Shown here: piece by piece, positions 10,528 to 20,856 of the stretch
Layout: every line of letters starts with the position of its first letter
How positions within the stretch are numbered: position 1 is the stretch's first letter
Origin: Somniosus microcephalus
Lineage: Eukaryota
Direction: 5' to 3'
DNA length: 33,232 nucleotides
Assembly: GCA_052327205.1 (NCBI GenBank)
Contig: CM126224.1
Coordinates: 60,976,769 to 61,010,000, forward strand
Made by a program: the position numbers and the translations under genes
Notes under the pieces: generated by a model
Database searches by the model: none
What the model was told of the DNA's origin: nothing
The model's input: only the letters and a program-made list of their open reading frames with translations

Positions 10528-10943
10528 AGAGACTGGAGAAGCTGGGGTTGTTCTCCTTAGAGGAGAGAAAGTTAAGGGGAGATTTAATAGAGGTGTTCAA
10601 AATCATGAGGGGTTTGATAGAGTAAATAGGGAGAAACTGTTTCCATTGGCAGAAGGGTCGGTAACCAGAGGACACAGATTTAATATAATTGGTAAAAGAG
10701 CCAGATGGTAGATGATGAGAATTTTTTTAATGCAGCGAGTTATGATGATCTGGAATGGTGGTAGAAGCAGATTCAATAATAACTTTCAAAAGGGAATTGA
10801 AAAAATACTTGAAAAGGAAAAATGTGCAGGGCTGTGGGGAAAGAGCAGGGGAGTGGGACTAATTGGAGAGCTCTTTCAAAGAGCCGGCACTGGCACGATG
10901 GGCCGAATGGCCTCCTCCTGTGCTGTATGATTCTGCGGTTCTA
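10528..10943 (+). mobile_element. CR1 LINE 3' fragment
   Basis: Encodes RLEKLGLFSLEERKLRGDLIEVFKIMRG...TRGHRF, followed by the 3' UTR GGCACGATGGGCCGAATGGCCTCCTCCTGTGCTGTATGATTCT. Confidence 0.9.
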
Positions 10944-11202
10944 AGTTACAAAAGGAGTGGCTCGTGGTTCGATCTTTGAAGACTCCGCGAGGCACTGCAT
11001 CACATAGACCAGGGGAGGTGCCACCTGTGGCCTCAGCTAGCTGCTCCAATCAGCCACGCTCCCCAAGCGAAGGGGGGAGAATTGGTTCAGTCGTTGTGCA
11101 GCGACCCCTGACTGAAATTGGGTGGGTTGTAGAAACTGAACGAGAACAGGACCAGCATTACATCAGGACCCCATTGTCAAATACCTTCTTTACACACACC
11201 AG

Positions 11203-11489
11203 TGTGGCGGAGACCACATAGGGACAATAACACAATTCACAATGTATAGCCAATGTTGTTATATGTACCTAAACACAATTCACTATGTATAGCCAATGTT
11301 GTTATATGTACGTACGTGGTTGGGTTATCGGGGCAGGGTCCCTTTAAGAGCGTCGGTAGCGTGATGACGTCATAGCCCTGCAACGAGGCTGAGACCCTCA
11401 GTCCTCACGGAGAGTGAATAAAGTAACACGCGTTTTGCCTTTGCTGCAACAAAAGTCTCAGAGCCTGTTGATTTCTAGCGACTCCAACA
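11203..11489 (+). repeat. 5' LTR (287 bp) with an internal 43-bp-period duplication
   Basis: TGTGG...CAACA termini. The CACAATTCAC.ATGTATAGCCAATGTTGTTATATGTAC segment occurs twice (11231 and 11274). AATAAA at 11417. Confidence 0.92.
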
Positions 11490-11490
11490 T

Positions 11491-11501
11491 TGGTGACCCC
11501 G
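11491..11501 (+). other. Primer-binding site, tRNA-Trp
   Basis: TGGTGACCCCG is complementary to the ...CGGGGUCA-CCA end of tRNA-Trp, as expected for CsRn1-like elements. Confidence 0.88.
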
Positions 11502-11537
11502 CTGCTCTTTTGGACGATTCCAAAGACCTCATCTGAA

Positions 11538-14500
11538 ATGGCGCCGAATGCCGTTTCCATCAAATTACCCGAGTTTTGGGAACGACAGGCTGCCGCTTGG
11601 TTCGCCCAGGCCGAGGCTCAATTTGCACTCTGGGACATCACCGCGGACGACACGAGGTACTACTACGTCGTCTCTGCTCTCGGCAGCTCCACCACGGCCA
11701 GAGTCGTGAGCATGCTCGAGAACCCCCCGGAGCTCAACAAATTCGAAACGCTGAAAACGCACCTCTTAGAAACTTTTGGACTCACCGAAGCCGAGCGCGC
11801 ACGCCGGCTTCTCTCTCTACCCGGGCTTGGCGACTCCAAGCCCTCGGAGCTGATGGACCACATGCGGGCCCTCCTGGGCACACACAGGCCGTGCTTCCTC
11901 TTCAAGGAACTGTTCCATGAACAGCTGCCAGGTCAGGTACGGTCGGCTTTAGCCAACTCTTCCAGTACCGATTTCCGCGACCTGGCCAAGGAGGCCGACA
12001 AATTTTTCTCCGCCGGGCAACAGTACTGCGCGGCCACGCGGAGCCCTGCCCCCACCGATACAGCCCAACGGCGGCAGCCCCCAAGCCTCTACTTCTACCA
12101 CACGCAGTTCGGCCCCAAAGCCAGGAAGTGCCGGCCCCCGTGCAGTTTTCCCGCATCGAAACAAACGAAAGACCACTCGTCGGCTGCTATGGCTGTCGGC
12201 CGCTCAGGCAGTTTGTTATTTATTACGGACACCATTTTCTTTGTGACACGGGTGCCCAGGTGAGCGTCCTGCCCGCGTCAACCATAGACATGCAAGGGGG
12301 GGAACCACGGCCCTGTCCTCGAAGCTGCCAACGGCAGTTCCATCCACACCTTCGGGAAACGAAGCATGGCGCTTTGTTTTGGCGGGCAGCGGTTCACCTG
12401 GGACTTTGTCACGGCAAAAGTGTCCACCCCCCTTCTCGGCGCTGACTTCCTCTGCGCCAATGGCCTTTTGGTGGACATCAAGAACCAACGTCTCATCAAC
12501 GCTGAGACTTTCAGCTCGCTCCCGTGTTCCCTCAGCGGGTCCAGCACGACGAAGTTGTCCAGCGCACTCTCGGCCTCCAACGAGTTTTCCCGCCTCCTCG
12601 CCGAGTTCCCGGATCTCACAAAGCCCACGTTCTCATCCGCCGCCACCAAACACTGGGTAGAACACCACATTTCGACCACCAGTCCGCCCATCTACGCCCG
12701 CGCTCGGTGCCTCGACCCGGGGAAACTCGCCATCGCTAAAGCCAAGTTCGGCACCATGGAGCGCCTCGGCATCATCCGCCGGTCGAACAGTCCATGGGCC
12801 TCGCCCCTCCACATCGCTCCGAAACCAGGCGGCGGGTGGCGCCCGTGCGGCAATTACCAGTGCCTCAACGACACTACGATCCCCGACCACTACCCGATTC
12901 CACACATCAAGGACTTTTCCGCCCGCCTGGCCGGGAAAGTGGTATTCTCGAAAGTGGACCTCGTTCGGGGTTACCACCAGGTCCCTGTCCGGCCGCAGGA
13001 TGCCCCGAAAACCGCGGTGATCACCCCGTTCGGGCTGTTCGAATTCCTCTGCATGCCATTCGGCCTCAAAAACGCTGCCCAGGCTTTTCAACGCCTAATG
13101 GACACCGTGTTACAGGACCTGACATTCCTGTTCGTATACCTGCACGACATCCTCATCGCCAGCGCCTCCAGGACGGAGCATGTGTCGCACCTTCGGACTC
13201 TCTTCCAACGCCTCAGCCAGCACGGCCTAATCGTCAACCCGGCCAAGTGCCAGTTCGGGCTGTCCTCGATCGACTTTCTCGGGCACTGCATCACGAAGGA
13301 CGGGGCAGTGCCACTGCCATCGAAAGTGGAGGCCGTGATGGACTTCCCGCGACCCCTCACCATGAAGGCCCTGCAGGAGTTTTTGGGCATGGTGAACTTT
13401 TACCATCGCTTCGTCCCCCGAGCAGCCCAGCTTATGCGGCCCCTTTACGAGGCCCTCAAAGGCAAGCCCGACAAGCTCGCCGTCGACTGGTCCGAGGAGA
13501 TGGCCAATTCTTTCACGGACACGAAAAGGGCCCTGGCTAACGTGACCATGCTGGCGCATCCATTACCTGATCGCTCTCACCACCGACGCCTCGGACTATG
13601 CGGTCGGCGCCGTCCACGAACAGTGGGTCAACGGCACCTGGCAGCCGCTCGCCTTCTTCAGCCGGCAGCTCCGCCCCAACGAGCGGAAGTACAGCACCTT
13701 CGATCGCGAGCTTCTCGGCCTCTACCTCGCCGTCCGACACTTCCGTTTCCTACTGGAGGCTCGCCCGTTCACAGCGTTCGTGGATCACAAACCGTTGACC
13801 TTTGCCATGGCCAAAGCTTCCGAGCCGTGGTCGGCACGTCAGCAACGCCAGCTGGCCTTCATCTCAGAGTTCACAACGGACATCCAGCATGTGGCTGGGA
13901 AAGACAACCCCGTCGCCGACTGTCTCTCCCGAGCCGTCGCCAGCGCCGTACACCTTGGCATCGACTACACCCGCATGGCGGCCGACCAGGCCTCCGACCC
14001 GGACGTCCAGGCCTACAGGACGGCGGTCACGGGCCTACAACTAGCAGACGTCGCGTTCGACGCTGCCGGCACCACACTCCTGTGTGATGTCTCCGTTGGG
14101 CAGCCACGTCCCGTCGTGCCTGACGGTTGGAGACGGCAAGTTTTCGACGCCCTCCATAATCTTTCCCACCCGGGCAGGAAGCCGTCACAGAAGCTGGCGG
14201 CGGCTAAGTTCGTCTGGCACGGGCTTAGGAAAGACGTTCGCGACTGGGCCAGCACCTGCGTGGTATGCCAACGCTCGAAAGTGCATCGCCATACTAAGGC
14301 CCCGTTGGCGCCTTTCGCTGTGCCCGAGAGGCGGTTTGACCATGTTAACGTGGACCTGGTGGGGCCCCTGCCGCCCTCCCATGGGCTCACCCACCTCCTC
14401 ACAATGGTCGACAGAACCACCCGATGGCCGGAAGCCGTCCCGCTGTCTTCAACAACGTCCGCCGATGTGGCTCGGGCGTTCATCAGCACTTGGGTCGCCC

Positions 14501-15330
14501 GGTTCAGCGCCCCATCTGACATTTCCTCCGACCGGGGGCCCCAGTTCATGTCGGAGCTCTGGAACGCTGTCGCCCGAGGCCTCGGGTTGAGACTCCACCG
14601 CACCACAGCATACCACCCTCAGGCTAACGGACTATGTGAACGGTTTCATCGCTCCATGAGGGCCGCGCTCCGGGCCAGCCTCCGGGACGGCAGTTGGATC
14701 AACAGACTCCCGTGGGTCATGCTGGGACTCAGGACCGCCCCCGAGGCGGACCTCCAGTCCTCGTCTGCCGAGCTCGTCTACGGACAGCTGCTGCGGGTTC
14801 CTGGGGATTTTGTCCCCAACGCAACGGAACCTTGGTCCGCAGCCTGTCAGCGGTCCGACCTTCTGGACAACGCCAAAGTTTTCACACCGGTGCCCACGTC
14901 GCAGCCCCACGTTCCGCTCAACCTTCATGCGGTGGAGTATGTTTTCGTCCGCCACGACGCCCACTGGGGACCTCTTCAGCCACCCTACGATGGACCATTC
15001 CGCGTCCTGGAAACCGGGGACAAGACCTTCGTAGTCGATGTCGGCGGTAAGCCGGACTGCATTTCCATGGACCGTCTTAAGCCGGCCCACCTGGATCTGG
15101 ACCAACCCGTTGAGTTGGCACAGCCCCCGAGGCGGGGCCGACCTCCGGTTTCTGCACCCTCAGTCCACCACCGAGCGCCCGAGGTCCCTCCGACGAACCC
15201 CCCCCCGGTCCCCGCCCCGGAATTGAGGAGCCGTTCCGACCGTGTGATCCGGCCCCCCCAACGACTGACATTGCCAGTGCTAGTGAATTCTGGGGGGACG
15301 TATGTGGCGGAGACCACATCGGGACAATAA
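11538..15330 (+). pseudogene. gag-pol pseudogene (at least 3 frameshifts, RT catalytic motif mutated)
   Basis: Gag begins MAPNAVSIKLPEFW...WFAQAEAQF. Protease CDTGAQVS sits in another frame (about 12236-12300). RT has YLHD instead of YLDD (13137-13148). A frameshift near 13570 precedes RNase H (TDASDYAVG). Integrase has HNLSH..CVVC, VDLVGP, SDRGPQF, GLCERFH and a GPY/F-like motif (PPYDGPF). The stop lies inside the 3' LTR. Confidence 0.92.
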
Positions 15331-15473
15331 CACAATTCACAATGCATAGCCAATGTTGTTATATGTACCTAAACACAATTCACTATGTATAGCCAATGTT
15401 GTTATATGTACGTACGTGGTTGGGTTAGCGGGGCAGGGTCCCTTTAAGAGCGTCGGTAGCGTGATGACATCAT
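15303..15473 (+). repeat. Truncated 3' LTR (first 171 bp only)
   Basis: Preceded by the polypurine tract GGGGGGAC. Matches 11203-11373 with 4 substitutions, then diverges abruptly. Confidence 0.92.
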
Positions 15474-16047
15474 GTGTCAGTAGCGTGACCAGTAAACTTT
15501 TTTTTAAACCTCTAATACTTTCAGCAGCTGAGACACCTACAACAAGACCACAGCTAAAGCCCCTTCAGCCGCCCAGCAAGAGGTACAAGGCTGTGCCTGG
15601 CCAAATATGTCCCTTCCATTGCCAGCCGCCAATCAGGCCAGGAGTCGAGAGGAGGGGATCAAACCCATGACTTTTGGACTTCTAGCCAGCATGCAACAGA
15701 AGGGGAAGAAAACAACCGATGTAAAATTGAAAGACAGTCCTTGAGCTCGGAGACGTTACTGAATGTCTAGCCAGCAGGGATGGTGGCTCATCCAACGCTG
15801 ATGCTGCCCTCGTGTTCGAGCCAGGACTCAGCACCTGTCCTGTCTCGGTAGGGTTGAGGTGGGTCTGGAGAAACTCAGACACAAACATCCAGGATGGAGC
15901 TGATTCATTTTAGCTGAACCTGGATTCTTGTACTCCACCTCACCCAGCTCCTCCTCCAGATCGATCTCACCCATCATCACATTGCCAAATAAGGCAAGTA
16001 TGGGCCCACTCCTTCAAAATCCAATATACCTTCAAAAGCACACCTCA

Positions 16048-17558
16048 CCCAGTCCCCCCAATGCTGTGACCATAGCCAGTCCCCCCAACGCTGTGACCAT
16101 AGCCAGTCCACCCCAAAGCTGTGACCATAGCCAGTCCACCCCAAAGCTGTGACCATAACCAGTCTCCCCAAAGCTGTGACCATAGCCAGTCTCCCCAATG
16201 CTGTGACCATAGCCAGTCTCCCCAATGCTGTGACCATAGCCAGTCTCCCCAACACCGTGACCATAGCCAGTCTCCCCAACACCGTGACCATAGCCAGTCC
16301 ACCCCAAAGCTGTGACCATAACCAGTCTCCCCAATTCTGTGACCATAGCCAGTCCACCCCAACGCTGTGACCATAGCCAGTCTCCCCAATGCTGTGACCA
16401 TAGCCAGTCCCCCCAATGCTGTGACCATAGCCAGTCTCCCCAATGCTGTGACCATAACCAGTCTCCCCAATGCTGTGACCATAGCCAGTCTCCCCAACAC
16501 CGTGACCATAGCCAGTCTCCCCAACACCGTGACCATAGCCAGTCCACCCCAAAGCTGTGACCATAACCAGTCTCCCCAATTCTGTGACCATAGCCAGTCC
16601 CCCCAATGCTGTGACCATAGCCAGTCCCCCCCAATGCTGTGACCATAGCCAGTCTCCCCAATGCTGTGACCATAGCCAGTCCCCCCAATGCTGTGACCAT
16701 AGCCAGTCTCCCCAATGCTGTGACCATAGCCAGTCTCCCCAATGCTGTGACCATAGCCAGTCTCCCCAACGCTGTGACCATAGCCAGTCTCCCCAATGCT
16801 GTGACCATAGCCAGTCCCCCCAATGCTGTGACCATAGCCAGTCCCCCCAATGCTGTGACCATAGCCAGTCTCCCCAATGCTGTGACCATAGCCAGTCCCC
16901 CCCAATGCTGTGACCATAGCCAGTCTCCCCAATGCTGTGACCATAGCCAGTCCCCCCAATGCTGTGACCATAGCTAGTCTCCCCAATGCTGTGACCATAG
17001 CCAGTCCACCCCAATGCTGTGACCATAGCCAGTCCACCCCAATGCTGTGACCATAGCCAGTTCCCCCAATGCTGTGACCATAGCCAGTCCACCCAATGCT
17101 GTGACCATAGCCAGTCTCCCCAATGCTGTGACCATAGCCAGTCTCCCCAATGCTGTGACCATAGCCAGTCTCCCCAATGCTGTGACCATAGCCAGTCTCC
17201 CCAATGCTGTGACCATAGCCAGTCCCCCCAATGCTGTGACCATAGCCAGTCTCCCCAATGCTGTGACCATAGCCAGTCTCCCCACAATGCTGTGACCATA
17301 GCCAGTCTCCCCAATGCTGTGACCATAGCCAGTCTCCCCAATGCTGTGACCATAGCCAGTCCCCCCCAATGCTGTGACCATAGCCAGTCCCCCCCAATGC
17401 TGTGACCATAGCCAGTCTCCCCAATGCTGTGACCATAGCCAGTCTCCCCAGTGCTGTGACCATAGCCAGTCTCCCCAATGCTGTGACCATAGCCAATCCA
17501 CCCAATGCTGCGACCATAGCCAGTCTCCCCAATGCTGTGACCATAGCCAGTCCACCCA
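16048..17558. repeat. 27-bp minisatellite (27/28-bp variants, roughly 55 units)
   Basis: Unit AATGCTGTGACCATAGCCAGTCTCCCC. A decayed unit trails to about 17620. Confidence 0.97.
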
Positions 17559-18385
17559 CAAATACCAGCACCACCTCTAGGCAAACCCACAATACTGTGA
17601 CCACACTTAGTCCACCCCAGGTCCCATACACACCCCGTCCTCCTGGCCGATACTGTAACCACACGCAGCTCATCACTCAATACAGCAACGCAAATGCAGC
17701 CTTGAAGCGTGTGGGGTGTGGGGTGTGGGGAAGGAGGACGACATGGGCTTGAATCAGATCCATTCTCTTTATTTCTGCCAGCACTCTCCAGGGTTAATTT
17801 CAACCGAGGTGACGAATGTGTGATATGGCTTTCTTCATACGTTAACTCAATTCAATCTCCACATCATAACAAATGCTCAACAACCTCCATTTTTGGTGGC
17901 TTCCATCTCCGGATGAAAATTCCAGGAGCACAAAAATATAAACACAACTATGTGAACAAACTATCAAAGTGAAACCACGCCAGCCACGTTCACTTCTCGT
18001 GTTGAATCTAATATGGAAGATTTCAAAATCCCAAAAGAGTAACTGAAGATTCATTCTTTTCCCTACAGCTCCAGCACTGAGCATCTCCTGAACTGCCCAC
18101 AGAGGCAACGTCTGGAAGATTCCACTCTTACATATTTAGGTTGGTCGCAAATAGCTTCTGGGGTCCAGTGGCATCAAGCACTGCCGTAAGGGGCCTGAGC
18201 ATCTTACCTTTAGGGGGAGGGACTCACATGGCCCTATATCTACATATACAGGGGTGTAACAATAGTGACCCTTGTGACCATAACAGGATAATCATGTCCT
18301 TCACACATGTATTTCTTCAAACTCTCCAAAAGCAGATCGAGCAAATACAGCAAGACAAAGCCTGATATGAATCAATCAGCTGCTT

Positions 18386-18983
18386 TAAGAACGTAAGAAA
18401 CAGGAGCAGGAGTAGGCCATTCAGCCTTCCGAGCCTGCTCCGTCATTCAATAAGATCATGGCTGATCTTCAACCTCAACTCCAATATCCCGCCCGATCTC
18501 CATATCCCTTGATTCCGCTAGAGTCCAAAAATCTATCGATCTCAGCCTTGAATATACTCAAAGACTCAGCATCCACAGCCCTCTGGGGCAGAGAATTCCA
18601 AAGATTCACAACCCTCTGAGTGAAGAAATTCCTCCTCATCTCAGTCCTAAATGGCCGACCCCTTATCCTGAGACTGTGACCCCTGGTTCTAGACACTCCA
18701 GCCGGGGGAAACAACCTCTCAGCATCTACCCTGTCAATCCCCTTCAGAATCTTGTATGTTTCAATGAGATCACCTCTCATTCTTCTAAACTCCAGAGAGT
18801 ATCGGCCCATTCTACACAATCTCTCCTCATAGGACAGCCCCCTCATCCCAGGAATCAATCTAGTGAACCTTCGTTGCACCGCCTCCAAGGCAAGTATATC
18901 CTTCCTTAGGTAAGGAGATCAAAACTGTGCACAGTACTCCAGGTATGGACTCACCAAAGCCCTGTACAATTGAGGCAAGACTT
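18386..18983 (-). mobile_element. CR1 LINE 3' fragment (well preserved)
   Basis: ORF 18475..18888 (EAVQRRFTRLIPGMRGL...RGDLIETYK...FFTQRVVNLWNSLP) with a 3' UTR and a TTCTTA-type tail at 18386-18400. Confidence 0.93.
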
Positions 18984-18993
18984 ACCTCTTCTA

Positions 18994-19098
18994 GCTCAAC
19001 TCCACCTTCTCGCCCTATCCCCATATCCCTTGGTTCGCTTAGTATCCAAAAATCTATTGATCTCCGTCTTGAATATACTCAGCGACTGAGCATCCACA
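18994..19098 (-). mobile_element. Short CR1 fragment (ORF2 extreme C-terminus)
   Basis: Similar to 18474-18578. Confidence 0.8.
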
Positions 19099-19221
19099 GT
19101 AAAGGAAACCTACAGGACAGCAGCGAGTAGTTGTGATCAGACTCACTTAATTCAAACAGTACAACCCACCTTGGTGTAAAAACACAAAATAAACACGTCA
19201 TGCTTCCCCACACCAATGAAC

Positions 19222-19852
19222 ACTGGAACAGGCCATTCAGCCCCTTGAGCCTGTTCAGTCATTCAATCAGATCATGGCTGACCTGTACCTCAACTCCATA
19301 TTCCTAGATACCCGACCAAACAAAATTCTATCGCTCTCAGACCCTCAGCATCCACAGCCTTTTGGGGAGAGTGTTCCAGATTTCCACTACAGTTTGTATG
19401 AAAAAGTGCTTCCTGATTTCACTCCTAAATGGCCGAGCCCTAATATTAAGATTACGTCCCCTTGTTCTAGACTCCCCCGCCAAAGGAAATACTACCCGAT
19501 CAAATCCTTTTAACATTTTAAACACTCGATCAGATCACCCTTTAATCTTCTAAACTCAAGGGAATACAAGCCAAGTTTATGCAATCTGTCCTCATAATTT
19601 AAGCCCCGGTGTCATTCTGGTCAATCTGCGCTGCATCCCCTCCGAGGCCAATATATCCTGCCCGAGGTGCGGAGCCCAGAACTGAACGCAGTGTCCAGAT
19701 GGGGTCTGGCCGAAGCTCGAAACAACTGAAGCACAACTTGCTCCCCTTTGTGTTCCAGCCCCCTTGAAACAAAGGCCAACATTTAATTTGCCTTTTTGAT
19801 TACTTTTTGTACCTGTCCATTAGCTTTTCATGATTTGTGTAATTTGTGGATA
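19222..19852 (-). mobile_element. Older CR1 3' fragment
   Basis: Encodes FKMLKGFDRVVFPLAGESRTRG...FFIQTVVEIWNTLP, with 3' UTR motif GGCCATTCAGCCCCTTGAGCCTG on the plus strand. Confidence 0.85.
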
Positions 19853-19899
19853 CTTGGAAAATTGGAGCTTTCAAGACTGCGATAGACCACGACCTCTCC

Positions 19900-20427
19900 A
19901 CTGCCTCTGTTGCCAGACTGCTTGTCCAACATTCGGTCCAGGATGAGTTGAAAGTTCCTCAAATTAAATATTTTGGGAAGACCAAAGCCATCATCTTCAG
20001 CCCCCGCCACAAACTCTACGAGCTACTGATTCCATCCCCCTTGCTGGCCACTGCCTCAGGCTGAACCAAACTGCTCGCAACTTCGGTGACCAATTTGACA
20101 CTGAGCTGAGCTTCCGACCCATATCCTTTCCATCACTAAGGCCACTGTACTCCATAATATCTCCTTGTCTATGCCCCTGTCTCAGCCCATCTGCTGTTTA
20201 ACCCCTCATCCATACTTTGGTTACCTCCAGACTCAACTATTCCAAGTCTCTCCTGGCCGGCCTCACATCATCCACCCTCCATAAACTTGAACTGATTCAA
20301 AACTCTGCTGCCCGTATCCTAACTCGCACCAAGTCCCGTTCACCCATCAACTCCGTGCTTGCCTACCTACATTGGCTCCCGATCCAGCAAAGCCTCGATT
20401 TTAAAATACTCCTCCTAGTGTTCACAA
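19900..20427 (+). mobile_element. L2-clade LINE ORF2 fragment
   Basis: KTKAIIF and [15 protein letters not shown]...[16 protein letters not shown]...[19 protein letters not shown] are L2 ORF2 C-terminal motifs. Confidence 0.88.
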
Positions 20428-20439
20428 AACCACCTACAT

Positions 20440-20537
20440 CATAAGAACATAAGAATTAGGAGCAGGAGTAGGCCATACAGCCCCTTGAGCCTACTCTGCC
20501 ACTCAGTAAGATCATGGCTGATCTTCGATCTCAATTC
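20440..20537 (-). mobile_element. Short CR1 3'-end copy
   Basis: CATAAGAACATAAGAA tail plus 3' UTR. The same UTR starts again at 20538. Confidence 0.8.
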
Positions 20538-20856
20538 AAAACAGGAGCAGGAGTAGGCCATACGGCTCCTCGAGCCTGCTCCGCCATTCAATAAGATCAT
20601 GGCTGATCATCGACCTCAACTCCACTTTCCCGCCCGATCTCCATATCCCTTGATTCCCCTAGAGTCCAAAAATCTATCGATCTCAGCCTTGAATATACTC
20701 AACAACTGAGCATTCACAGCCCTTTGGGGCAGAGAATTCTAAAGATTCACAACCCTCTGAGTGAAGAAATTCCTCCTCATCGCAGTCTTAAAAGGCTGAC
20801 CCCTTATCCTGAGACTATGCCCCCTAGTTCTAGACACTCCAGCCAGGGGAAACAAC

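Larger units (their letters stand above)
11203..15488 (+). mobile_element. Decayed Ty3/Gypsy LTR retrotransposon, CsRn1/Kabuki-like clade
   Basis: 5' LTR, tRNA-Trp primer-binding site, gag with a degenerate CHCC motif (YFYHTQFGPKARKCRPPC), PR-RT-RH-INT, polypurine tract and a partial 3' LTR. Probable TSD CCAG (11199-11202 and 15489-15492). Confidence 0.9.

Noticed and set aside
15977-17803. 543-608 aa repetitive ORFs (GDWLWSQHW, GETGYGHSI, LAMVTALGR)
   Set aside because: Artefacts of the 27-bp array. The 28-bp variants shift frame freely, showing no coding constraint.
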